NCBI GenBank assembly: GCA_019057815.1
Contig: JAHLWR010000008.1
Location: forward strand, 64,001 to 128,000
Reading direction: 5' to 3'
Length of the DNA stretch: 64,000 nucleotides
Source: Candidatus Heimdallarchaeota archaeon
Lineage (GTDB): Archaea > Asgardarchaeota > Heimdallarchaeia > Heimdallarchaeales > Heimdallarchaeaceae
In this document: one piece after another, positions 38,986 to 48,963 of the stretch
Numbering within the stretch: position 1 is the first letter of the stretch
Layout of the letters: every line of letters begins with the position of its first letter
The notes under the pieces: model-generated
What the model saw: only the letters and a program-made list of their open reading frames with translations
What the model was told of the DNA's origin: nothing
Database searches by the model: none
Translations under genes and position numbers: made by a program

Positions 38986-41900
38986 TTGTTTTTAACAAAA
39001 CTTACATTTTCTTTCAATGTCTCTAATAAAACTACCATTAACAAGAAAAGATGTGAAAACAAAATGAATAACAAAGAACAAAAAATAATTAAAAACAAAA
39101 ATAAGAAAATCATCTTTCCTAAAGATGAAAAGTTAGCATTAATACGAACTATTGAGTACAGTAAACAAGATTGCGCAGCATTAGCAAGATGTTACAACTC
39201 ATTCAAAGATTCAGACAGTTGGCCAGATGGTTTCGGAGGTTCATTTGTTTTCACAGGAGAATTCTTTGAAAGTCGACTTGAAAACAAAGATCTATCAGCG
39301 TGGTTTATTGCTAATACTCCAGATGATAGCACAAAAATTATTGGTGTAAGTCTGTGCAATAGAAGTTGGGACATACCTAACGCTTGGTATGTTGGAATGT
39401 TAGGTGTTGATCCTGCATATCAGGGGCAGAAATTCGGGAAAGCCTTACTGCTCCTTTCAACACAGTTTGCTATGGAGAATAAAGCTAAATTTATCTCTCT
39501 AAACACTTGGGGTGGAAATTTAAAAGCGATGCCACTTTACAAGAAGCAAGGCTACAAATGGCGACCTGATACTTCTGTTTATATGGAAAATTATATCCCG
39601 CAGATTCTTAATTTCTCTATGTTCCAAGAATTTTTTTCAGAAAATTATTGGTACGATGTTTTCAAACCCAATATAACACAAGAACCTGACTTGGAATTTA
39701 CGGACAAAATGGCTACCTACGAGTATAGCTTTGAGAAAAACGATAAGGAATCAATTAGAATATGGATTGATAGTTCTATAGCTAGAATTAGTGGTTTCCA
39801 CATCATAACACTGAATGAGGATTTACTAATAAACGCTAAAACACCAAACTCTGATGCGTTCATAGGAGTTGAGAGTTTTCCAGTTCTTCTTGAAATAGAT
39901 AATCAAGGAAAAAGCTCAAAGAAACTATCGATACAAATAAGCTCAAGTGAACAGATAGAGGTTGAAGGTACTACAACTTATGAAATTGAAGTGGAACCAT
40001 CAGTTAAAAAGGAAATAGGAATCATTGGTATTTTCAAGGAAGAAACGGAAGAAATAGATACAAAAAGTCATCAACCAATCTACAGCAAACACGAAATTAC
40101 ATTTACTATAAAAATGAATGAACAGGAGTTTCAAGTCAAGATTGGAAAATATCCACAATATGCTTTAGATATCGATACTTATCCTTCCCACCTAATACTA
40201 GCTTCAGGCTGTAAAACAGCTATTCCCCTTGAAATCAAAAACAATATAAAAGAACAAAAAGCTGTTCGAGTTGAGCTAACTGATGGAAACTTAATCTCAT
40301 TTGAACAACACAAATACTCCATCAACGTTTCAGCTTACGATACACAGCTTAATATCACTGCTAATATTCAGAATACATCTACAAAAGTTGATTATGTAAA
40401 CATGAAAGTTTACTCTGAAAGTGGAGAAAAAATTCGTGATAAAGATGTTCCTATCCCAATTTTCAGCGAAAATACCGCAGTTACATATGAAACTAGCCAA
40501 AAGATACTTGTCGAAAACAAAAATGTTAGAGTATATCTATACAAAGAACCTAATCCTGGGGCTAATAATGCTTTTATTGTTCATAAAAGAAGAAATGTTG
40601 AAATTGAAGGTAATAAATTAGTTCTAGGCTATCCTTTTGATGAAAGCGGGTCAGAATTTAATACAAAACAATTAGAGCATTCGACTTTAAAAGATCCAAA
40701 TGGAATTTGGCTCACAGGTTCTGCTAAATCTGATGAAAAAGAAGGAGTTAGAATTATTCGTAAGGTTTTTGTTTCAAATGATGAGGATCTAATAGGAGTA
40801 TGTTTTGAACTTGAGAACTTAACTGATGAGAAAAAAGACAATCTTGGTGTTGAACATGTATTTTGGTGGTGGCGTGGAGCTCAAAAATTGAAAAAGCAAA
40901 TTTTTCCTCTAAAAACAGGAATTGTCCATAGAGCTATCCACGAATTAAAGGCTGATCTTGGGAAAGACCCTTCTAGCTTCACAGAAGGATGGAAAGCTCT
41001 AGTTTATCCTTCAGTAGTTCTGGGGATATTATTTGATATAAATAAAATTGAAAAGATTAGTGTTGACTCGAATTTCCCACATATCGAAGCCAAACTTGAA
41101 ACTCTTGAACCTGGAAAGGAATACAAGTTCCCAGCAATGTGGTTCTACTTCACAGACAAGTGGCAGAGCGTTAGAGATAAATGGAGAGAACTATATTCCC
41201 AAGATCCTCATAGAACGCTAGAGTACTCATATCAGACATCTCCAATAAATAAGATTGGTCTATCTATTCAAGAAGGAAGACAATCCATTGCTAGAAGTCT
41301 GATAGTAGATAAGAATCAGATGACAGTAGATGTTGTTATCGATACAATAAAAGAATCTACAATGAAAGGAGAAATTGTTGTTGATTTTGATAAAATAAAT
41401 CATAAAGCAAATTATATCCTTGACAATATTAAAACTTATCAATGGAGAAAGGAGATATCACTTCCTCAGATAGATAAAAACATCATTTCAGGTTCGATTG
41501 AATTCAACACTTATACTCGAACATATTCACTTCAAACAGCTGTTGGATACTATGATAAATCACAAAATGTTAAAATTCTGACAAAATCTGAAGATTCCAG
41601 AGAATATCTAGAAGTAGATAATGGATTTCTAAAATTTAGAGGTTCAAAGAATCATCGAGGAAATATATTTTATCTATCAATAGAAAATAGCGAAAATTAT
41701 CTTATAAGTCACTTTCCAGAAGTCAAACCCTTTTTGTGGAGCAACAAATATTTTGGTGGTATAGGTAGCTCTATACGTGAAATAAACGCCTGGCAACTTG
41801 AAGACTATAATTTGTTAAATTTTGAATCCAATCAGGTACAAAAAGGTATATGGAAAGGAATAAGCTTTAAATCTGAGATAATTGAGTATTCACCCAAACT

Positions 41901-42390
41901 TAAAGGATTACAGAATACTACAACTTATTTAACACTACCAGACGCACCTTTCTTACTTGTTCAACAGGAAATTACAAATCACTCGGAAACTACAAGAATA
42001 CTTGACGCTACGCAAATAGGATGCTTTGCTACATCGAAAACAGATAAAGATGAATATTATGTTTCAGTTGATGGAAAATTAACTAGATACAACATCCAAG
42101 ACCATGAATCTCAAGTGTGGAATCAATCAGATACAGATACAAGTTGGATAGCATTCAAGAATCATGATAATAAGTTTGTTATTGGAATGATTAACCAACC
42201 AAGTAATAGATTTATAGAGCAAGTGGATCCTTATTCGCCTAATTTCTCGGTATTTGAGTTCTTTAAAATACTAAAATTTGTCAAAATTAAACCTAAAGAA
42301 ACAATAAATACCCATGTTCTATACGTCTTTGCTAACAGTACCGATGAGATTGAACCATTTACTCAAAGCAATTTAACAGACTTACTCTAA
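38986..42390 (+). CDS. Large protein with N-terminal GNAT domain and beta-rich C-terminal domains
   Basis: LGVDPAYQGQKFGKALL, TWGGNLKAMPLYKKQGY; likely start ATG 39064. Confidence 0.8.
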   Translation: MFLTKLTFSFNVSNKTTINKKRCENKMNNKEQKIIKNKNKKIIFPKDEKLALIRTIEYSKQDCAALARCYNSFKDSDSWPDGFGGSFVFTGEFFESRLENKDLSAWFIANTPDDSTKIIGVSLCNRSWDIPNAWYVGMLGVDPAYQGQKFGKALLLLSTQFAMENKAKFISLNTWGGNLKAMPLYKKQGYKWRPDTSVYMENYIPQILNFSMFQEFFSENYWYDVFKPNITQEPDLEFTDKMATYEYSFEKNDKESIRIWIDSSIARISGFHIITLNEDLLINAKTPNSDAFIGVESFPVLLEIDNQGKSSKKLSIQISSSEQIEVEGTTTYEIEVEPSVKKEIGIIGIFKEETEEIDTKSHQPIYSKHEITFTIKMNEQEFQVKIGKYPQYALDIDTYPSHLILASGCKTAIPLEIKNNIKEQKAVRVELTDGNLISFEQHKYSINVSAYDTQLNITANIQNTSTKVDYVNMKVYSESGEKIRDKDVPIPIFSENTAVTYETSQKILVENKNVRVYLYKEPNPGANNAFIVHKRRNVEIEGNKLVLGYPFDESGSEFNTKQLEHSTLKDPNGIWLTGSAKSDEKEGVRIIRKVFVSNDEDLIGVCFELENLTDEKKDNLGVEHVFWWWRGAQKLKKQIFPLKTGIVHRAIHELKADLGKDPSSFTEGWKALVYPSVVLGILFDINKIEKISVDSNFPHIEAKLETLEPGKEYKFPAMWFYFTDKWQSVRDKWRELYSQDPHRTLEYSYQTSPINKIGLSIQEGRQSIARSLIVDKNQMTVDVVIDTIKESTMKGEIVVDFDKINHKANYILDNIKTYQWRKEISLPQIDKNIISGSIEFNTYTRTYSLQTAVGYYDKSQNVKILTKSEDSREYLEVDNGFLKFRGSKNHRGNIFYLSIENSENYLISHFPEVKPFLWSNKYFGGIGSSIREINAWQLEDYNLLNFESNQVQKGIWKGISFKSEIIEYSPKLKGLQNTTTYLTLPDAPFLLVQQEITNHSETTRILDATQIGCFATSKTDKDEYYVSVDGKLTRYNIQDHESQVWNQSDTDTSWIAFKNHDNKFVIGMINQPSNRFIEQVDPYSPNFSVFEFFKILKFVKIKPKETINTHVLYVFANSTDEIEPFTQSNLTDLL

Positions 42391-42432
42391 TTCACTTTTT
42401 TTTCTTTTTAACAATAAAACTCCAGTTCCCGC

Positions 42433-43200
42433 TTATATCACTTTAAATTTCTTTATCCTTTGAACTACTTGTTCCATGAATACACCCGCTTTCTCGTATA
42501 TCCTAGTATCAGCTAACTTATCCATTTTTGTAGAATCAATGTTAATTATAACTATTTCAGCTCCATTATCATGTGCCATGCGAGGAAAAAAAGCTGCAGG
42601 ATTAACCGAAAGACTTGATCCTATGACAAGCATCAAATCGCACTTCAATGAATGTTCTCTTGACAATAACATTTCTTTTTCTGGCATTGAATCATTAAAA
42701 TTAACAATAGAAGAGATAATCCTACCATTACATTTAGGGCATTTTGGTTCATTTTCTTGGGAAGGCTCAGTTCGAAAGCCTCTACCATGTTCATCACAAT
42801 CCCATCCTATTTCTGACTTTTTATATCTTGCATCACAATCCAGACATTTCATTATTGAATAATTTCCATGTAATTCAGTTAATAGTTCAGGAAGTATTCC
42901 TGATTTTAGATGGAGATTATCAACATTCTGTGAGATTAAAAACTTTAGAATCCCCAACTCTTGCAGTGTTAATAGAGCCAAGTGAGCAGTATTAGGTTCA
43001 GCTTCATCAAAATGTTTTCCTTGTTTAGGGGGTAATCCTTTATCCTTCCTGGTCCATATTCCATCTTTACCTCTAAAATCTGATATTCCAGATTCAGTAC
43101 TTATTCCAGCTCCTGTAAAAGCAACAAGATATTTTGACTTTAGTATCATTTTAGCTACACTTTCAACTGTTCCCTCATTTTCTGATATCTCTTTCACCAC
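42433..43200 (-). CDS. Sir2 family NAD-dependent deacylase
   Basis: GAGISTESG..DFRG, QNVDNLH, ELHG, two CxxC, GSSL.V.PAA. Confidence 0.95.
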   Translation of the reverse strand: MVKEISENEGTVESVAKMILKSKYLVAFTGAGISTESGISDFRGKDGIWTRKDKGLPPKQGKHFDEAEPNTAHLALLTLQELGILKFLISQNVDNLHLKSGILPELLTELHGNYSIMKCLDCDARYKKSEIGWDCDEHGRGFRTEPSQENEPKCPKCNGRIISSIVNFNDSMPEKEMLLSREHSLKCDLMLVIGSSLSVNPAAFFPRMAHDNGAEIVIINIDSTKMDKLADTRIYEKAGVFMEQVVQRIKKFKVI

Positions 43201-43528
43201 TTTCCTTTGCTTTCTTTGTTCAATATCTATTTCATATCTTAAAAATGGTTCTAATTAAAAAAATACAACTTCTTTGTCAAATTGGAATATAAATAGCGAA
43301 AAATTTTCAGAAAGTTGTATTTAGAAGGCTTTGTTGGAAAAAAACTAAAATTCTTGACAAAAATGAATAGATAAAGGAAGAAAAGGAACATTGTTTAGAT
43401 GCAGGATGCAAAAATCTTAGATGGGATGATAAAGATCACTAGTTACAACATCCAAGTGGATTTAGTATTCACTTCTAAGAGAAATAGAAATGAAGATTAA
43501 AAATAAACTCCATTTTAGATATCACTTA

Positions 43529-45514
43529 CTAAATCTGGATTGAGAAAAGTTTCTTAGAAACTTCTTGTTCTCTTGAAACTGTTTTAGTTAAACTAGTTTT
43601 CTTAATATCTTTAACCATGTCTTCGAGCTTAACAACTGACATTCTATGAGAGAGTGGTGAAGATGTTTGTTCTAAATTCTTTAGGTCTATAGATTGTTCA
43701 GTTAAGTCTTCCTGCTGCTTTAGTAGGTCTAGGACTAATCTATCTAACCCATTCACTTGTGCTATATTTTGTGCTTTGAGTAGAAGAGTTCTAGCATTTT
43801 CTACATCAAATTCTAGAAGTGCCAATTGTGCTTTTAATCTCAGAGTTTCAACTAATAAAAATTGAGATTTGTTCTTTACAGATAATTCTTGAAGTTTATT
43901 AACATGTTTGTATATTTTCTTTAATACCTCAAGATCATTAGTTTCTTTCATCTCAAGTAGAAGAATATCACATAGATGTAACAAAACTTGAATTAATACG
44001 GGATAGAGAATGTCTTCTTCAACTAATTGCTCAAATAGCAACTCTGCTTTAATTCTATCCCGTAAATTTGAACTTGTTTTAAAAATTAAAGCTTCTGAAT
44101 ATTTATGATATTGACTGACATGTTTATTTTTTATTTCTTTATTAATCAAGTCTAAAGATTCGAGGTGTCTTTTAGCTTCTTCTATGTCGTTTAATTCTAC
44201 ATTAAACTGAATTAAATATGACAGACTAGCTGCTTCAAAAACTTTGTTACCTATCTTTTGTCTTATCTCTAAGCTCTCTTGAATGAAGGATAAAGCCTGT
44301 TCTTTCATTCCTTTTTGCCAGTAAATCAATCCTTGCTCTGAGAGTACAGATGAAATACCAAGTCGATTCTGCAGACCTTTATATATTGTCATCAATTGAT
44401 CTAAGAATTCCAGTGCTCTATCTAATTCTCCTTTTTGTATATAAACAGCAGCAAAACCAGAAAGAATGTTATGCCAATTTTGAGGTTGGTTTTCTTTTAA
44501 AACAGGATAAGCCTTGTTATAAAATTCTAGTGCTTGATTAGAATCTCCCTTTAGGAAGTAGGCATAACCACATTTTTCCTGAGTAAGTGCAATATTATTC
44601 TCTCTATTTATGTTCTGGTAAATTTCAAGACTACGATTATGGTAGTTTAATGCTTCATCATATTCTCCAATTACTAAATAATAGAGACCTATATTGTTGT
44701 TAATATAAGCTATCATACCCCTATTTTCTAATTCTTCTGCAATAGACAGTATCTCTTTGTTTAATTCATAAAACGTCTTATAATCATTTTTCTGATAGTA
44801 AACCTCAGCTAGATCATTTAAAGCATGAGCAATAGCTAAATTATTCTTAGATTCTTTACATAGATCGACCGTTTTTTTACTTATTTCTAAAGCTGAATCT
44901 AGTTCTCCTCGATTTATCAGAATGAATGTTATATTCATAAGAATAGTCATTTGATAAATCGACAGATTATGTTTCTCACAAAATTTCTCTCCTTCAATTA
45001 AAATCTGAAAACCTTTTTCTAGTTCCTCTTCTGTAGCGCGCGCTCCGGTATAAATTCTTAGTGCTGGGAGTATTCCTTTAAAAATAAAAATTTTAGCCTT
45101 TCGTATTAGATAATCCAAATCCTTGCTAGGTTCAAGTTCATCAAACATTGGTATAGTTTCAGCATGTAATTTTTGTAATTCTTGCCATTCATTTAAGTAA
45201 AAATAACTTAATTCTAAGTTTAGAAGAGAATCAAATTTCAGATTCTTATCTTTAATATCTCTGCTTTCTTGTATTACTTCCTGAGCTAATTTCATCCCGT
45301 AGTCGTAAGAGCTATGTTCATAACCAACAGAGGTAAGAGCATTGACTACTTGGCTTTTAAGTATTTTAGCTTTTATTCTCTCTTCTATCGTAATTTCTTC
45401 TTTTTTCAGCAACTCATCTAGTTCAGCTATTGAATTCAGGAAATCACCCTTCAAGTAGTCCTGCTGAATTCTTTCTAACTCATCTTGAATGGAGGAGGGC
45501 ACATAATTCACCAA
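43529..45514 (-). CDS. TPR-repeat protein
   Basis: Multiple TPRs (NNIGLYY...GEYDEALNY..RSLEI); C-terminal helical block shared with 5354-7156. Confidence 0.85.
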   Translation of the reverse strand: MVNYVPSSIQDELERIQQDYLKGDFLNSIAELDELLKKEEITIEERIKAKILKSQVVNALTSVGYEHSSYDYGMKLAQEVIQESRDIKDKNLKFDSLLNLELSYFYLNEWQELQKLHAETIPMFDELEPSKDLDYLIRKAKIFIFKGILPALRIYTGARATEEELEKGFQILIEGEKFCEKHNLSIYQMTILMNITFILINRGELDSALEISKKTVDLCKESKNNLAIAHALNDLAEVYYQKNDYKTFYELNKEILSIAEELENRGMIAYINNNIGLYYLVIGEYDEALNYHNRSLEIYQNINRENNIALTQEKCGYAYFLKGDSNQALEFYNKAYPVLKENQPQNWHNILSGFAAVYIQKGELDRALEFLDQLMTIYKGLQNRLGISSVLSEQGLIYWQKGMKEQALSFIQESLEIRQKIGNKVFEAASLSYLIQFNVELNDIEEAKRHLESLDLINKEIKNKHVSQYHKYSEALIFKTSSNLRDRIKAELLFEQLVEEDILYPVLIQVLLHLCDILLLEMKETNDLEVLKKIYKHVNKLQELSVKNKSQFLLVETLRLKAQLALLEFDVENARTLLLKAQNIAQVNGLDRLVLDLLKQQEDLTEQSIDLKNLEQTSSPLSHRMSVVKLEDMVKDIKKTSLTKTVSREQEVSKKLFSIQI

Positions 45515-45714
45515 ATTGTTAAAGTTCGATAAAAACCTCTAACAACAAGTTATTCGAATTCATATTAATAAATCTAATTGAAAAGTAATAAAAGAAGAAA
45601 AGGAAAACTTTCTTTATTTTCTCTTGATATAAATACAGTACCACTACTAACTGATTGGTATAATGCATTTGATAACCTTTCGACAGAATCAGCAACTTCA
45701 ATTCATTACACATA

Positions 45715-46500
45715 TTAATCTAAATCTGGTTGATACTGACCTTCTTTACGAATGAGGTTCGTAATTTCTGTGTATGCTGATTTTATTTTTTCTTCTTCTC
45801 CTTCCATCAAGAAATGTACTGACCCTTCTGCTTTTCCAACACCACCAGAACCTATGTGAACAAAGTACAGATCTGGGTAAAGAAGTTCCAGTGCATCAAG
45901 TTCAGTGAAGACTTCTCCAAGGATAGGCATAATTCCTATTGGTAAACCTTGAACATATTCAGAATCAAAAGTTTGGATTCCCATAATCTGTGCTAGTTCC
46001 CATACTCCCAAGTCTATGCTCTTTATTAGACTAACTGGAGCAATTATTGGGATTCCACGTGCAACAGCTACAGGCATCACAGTTCCTATAGTTCCAGCAG
46101 CAGGATGAGCTAAATAAACACCTGCTATCCCATCTGAACCCAACACATTTCCACCTTTAATTATGATGTCATTACTTGTAAAACTAGTTATATCATATTC
46201 TCCAGGCTTGACAACTTTTTTTTCTCCTTTTTCGAGAATAATTTCAGGAAGTCTTTTTTCAGCATTCAATACACCATATCTGAACAGTTTATCCTTATCA
46301 CCGGTTACTTGACCAGCTATATAATGAGATTTTTCGAATGATTCTTCCAATAATTCTTCAAGAAAATAAGCATTTGTTGAACCTCTTGCTACAAAGATTT
46401 TACCACTTTTAAGGGCTTCTTGTACGAGTGGGTGTTCAACTAAACCTTTTGCAATAATTCTTTTTGATTCTGACTGTGTTAAAATAATTAAGGAGCGCAT
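45715..46500 (-). CDS. Conserved hypothetical enzyme-like protein
   Basis: ESKRIIAKG, GSTNAY, IKGGN, GTIG, GSGGVG.AEGS. Confidence 0.7.
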   Translation of the reverse strand: MRSLIILTQSESKRIIAKGLVEHPLVQEALKSGKIFVARGSTNAYFLEELLEESFEKSHYIAGQVTGDKDKLFRYGVLNAEKRLPEIILEKGEKKVVKPGEYDITSFTSNDIIIKGGNVLGSDGIAGVYLAHPAAGTIGTVMPVAVARGIPIIAPVSLIKSIDLGVWELAQIMGIQTFDSEYVQGLPIGIMPILGEVFTELDALELLYPDLYFVHIGSGGVGKAEGSVHFLMEGEEEKIKSAYTEITNLIRKEGQYQPDLD

Positions 46501-46544
46501 GATTTTTACATAGATGTCAATGATAAAAAGATTATGATTTGGTT

Positions 46545-47339
46545 TTAGAGCACATCATACAACTCTTTTCTTCTGTCATCAAATAGATGATTCCTCTCAT
46601 TTATCCATTTATTTCTAGCAAGACTGATATCAATATCGACGAATCTAATCTCCTCTTGATTTGTTGATGCTTGGGTCAAGATCTCCATTTCTGGTGAAGT
46701 TATTTGACTTTGACCTGTGAAAGTTAAGCTAATTCCGCTATTCTCTTCTTTACCAATTCTGTTCGCAGTTATTGTGAAAACCTTATTTTCAATCGATCTA
46801 GCTAACATAGCTGTTTGACTATATGGAAGTACCAGGTTTGCAGGATGAGCAATTATCTCTGCGCCCTTTAAAGCTAGTATTCTAGCTGATTCAGGAAATA
46901 TCCAGTCAAAACAAATCATCATCCCAACTTTTGCTTCTCTTATTTCGAATACTTCGAAAATATTAGATCCAGGTTCAAAAAACAGCTTCTCTCGGTCAAA
47001 CAGATGGATTTTCCTATATTTACCAATGTAACCATCAGGTCCTACAATTACTGAAGAGTTGAAAAAAATTGATTCTTTCTTTTCACAGACACCACTTATA
47101 ATGTAACCGTTTTTTTGGTTGGCTAATTCAATGAGTTTCTCTACAAAATATCCTGAAGGTATTTTTTCAGCAACTTTTTCCATTTCGCTTCTCTCAGTAA
47201 AAACGTATCCAGAGTTCGCTAGCTCTGGGAGAACAAGCAAATCAAAACCTTTCTCTTTCTCAACAAAAGAAAGTATCTTGTTTTGATTCTCTTCAACATT
47301 ACAAAATATTGGTTGAAATTGTAAGAAACCAACTTTCAT
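46545..47339 (-). CDS. Carbon-nitrogen hydrolase (nitrilase family)
   Basis: Triad LPEL, YRKIHLF, ICFDW.FPE. Confidence 0.95.
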   Translation of the reverse strand: MKVGFLQFQPIFCNVEENQNKILSFVEKEKGFDLLVLPELANSGYVFTERSEMEKVAEKIPSGYFVEKLIELANQKNGYIISGVCEKKESIFFNSSVIVGPDGYIGKYRKIHLFDREKLFFEPGSNIFEVFEIREAKVGMMICFDWIFPESARILALKGAEIIAHPANLVLPYSQTAMLARSIENKVFTITANRIGKEENSGISLTFTGQSQITSPEMEILTQASTNQEEIRFVDIDISLARNKWINERNHLFDDRRKELYDVL

Positions 47340-47388
47340 ATTTAAAACAATGGACAGGTATTTTTAAGTTTGTAGTCTTCTTATTACA

Positions 47389-48054
47389 CTACTTTTCTAA
47401 TCGAATTTGTTCAACAAGTATTTCGATTTCATCAAAACTCCTAATTTGATAGTCTGGTTTTAGTTCTAGAACTTTTTTTGGTTGAGTAGTCCCATACATA
47501 GCCACAATGCTAATAACTTCTGCTTCTTTTGCACTTATTATATCAAATTCTGTATCGCCTATCATCACAGTGTTTTCCTTGCTTATAGAAAGTTTTTCAG
47601 CAATACGTAAAATAGCTTTTGCTTTACTGTTTTCTAGTGTTCCTATTATTACATCAAAAAAATCAGCTATTTTGTAATAATCTAACCATTTTTCTAGCCT
47701 ATTTTGACTTTTTCGAGAAACTATGCCTGTGTAGTATCTCTGATTAATGCTGAATAATGAAGCTTTAACCTTAGGGAAGAGCTTTCGTAAACTCGAATAT
47801 TCATCGGTTAAACTAATATAGGTTTGGATAGCTTGACTTATTATCTCAGCATCTTCTGTTTTCAAAAACTCTATGAAATCACTTTTTTGATCTGTATTTC
47901 CAACTCTTTCTTCAAAAACGTGTTTATCAATTTTTATTCCACTTACTTTTTCAATTGTATCTTGCATTTGCAGTGCATAAGCTTCTTTGGAATCTACTAT
48001 TACACCATCAAAATCAAAGATTATCAGAAAATTGTCCTTTGTTTTAGTCTTCAT
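47389..48054 (-). CDS. HAD family phosphatase
   Basis: FDFDGVIVDS, MIGDT.FD. Confidence 0.92.
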   Translation of the reverse strand: MKTKTKDNFLIIFDFDGVIVDSKEAYALQMQDTIEKVSGIKIDKHVFEERVGNTDQKSDFIEFLKTEDAEIISQAIQTYISLTDEYSSLRKLFPKVKASLFSINQRYYTGIVSRKSQNRLEKWLDYYKIADFFDVIIGTLENSKAKAILRIAEKLSISKENTVMIGDTEFDIISAKEAEVISIVAMYGTTQPKKVLELKPDYQIRSFDEIEILVEQIRLEK

Positions 48055-48092
48055 TTTATAGTCAACTGCATCAAAAATATGATGAATCGGTC

Positions 48093-48839
48093 TTACTCAT
48101 CTTTTTGTCTCTTTAGAGGAGCATTGCAACCAGAGCAAAACAGTGCATCTTTATGATTATCTTTTGAGCAATTCCAACATAACACTCCTGAAACATGTTT
48201 CTTTCTTAAATCTTTTAAATGCTTTTTAACATCAAATCCTTGAGTGTCTATTGCTTGTTCTTCTCTCTTTTTAGCAATTCGATTAGAAACACTTTCAAAA
48301 CGAGAATAAAAACTATCAATTTCTTCAGTTCTCGCTTTTGTTCTTTTATGATCGCGTTCCCTTCTTTTTCTGTCGAATGAATATCTAAAATATTCAATCA
48401 GATTATTTTGACCTTTGTCTTTTATATAATTTCTTATGAGATATGTTATAGATAGTAATTGTAGAACTCCAACAATAATAAAGACAGTAATTGTTATCCA
48501 TTTACTTTCAGGTTTTAAGACGAGAATAATAATAGAAACAGGAAGATAGCCAGCTGCAATAACGCCTATTGGAATACCAAGAAACAGGTACACGAATTCA
48601 TTTGCAACAGCAGCAACCGCAGAACCTCTATGTGCTATTAATGCTAGAAGGTAGTGTGCAACAACTATGGTTACAACAAGCCCTACAGCAATGCTTGCAA
48701 GTGTTTTAATTATAGAACTAACATTAGGCGCTATGAAAGCATATAATAAACATGCTACAACTACTGCTCCAATGAAGAGTTGTTGAATAAGTTTTGATCG
48801 ATTAACAAGACTTTTTTTACTTTTAGGTACTGTTTGCAT
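48093..48839 (-). CDS. 4-TM protein with C-terminal zinc ribbon
   Basis: Four TMs; CWNC..FCSGC..PL. Confidence 0.75.
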   Translation of the reverse strand: MQTVPKSKKSLVNRSKLIQQLFIGAVVVACLLYAFIAPNVSSIIKTLASIAVGLVVTIVVAHYLLALIAHRGSAVAAVANEFVYLFLGIPIGVIAAGYLPVSIIILVLKPESKWITITVFIIVGVLQLLSITYLIRNYIKDKGQNNLIEYFRYSFDRKRRERDHKRTKARTEEIDSFYSRFESVSNRIAKKREEQAIDTQGFDVKKHLKDLRKKHVSGVLCWNCSKDNHKDALFCSGCNAPLKRQKDE

Positions 48840-48963
48840 TTAACTCATTCCACCAATTATTGATGAATTTATGTACTTTCTCATTCAAGCATACATAAAT
48901 TCTAAATTTACAAAAGAATGTTACCAATAAAAAATAAAAAAGAGAGAAAGAAGATCGAAACAA

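Noticed and set aside
42433-43200. Sir2 as a defence NADase linked to the APAZ protein
   Set aside because: It has the Zn-binding module and motifs of ordinary deacylase sirtuins and lies over 40 kb away
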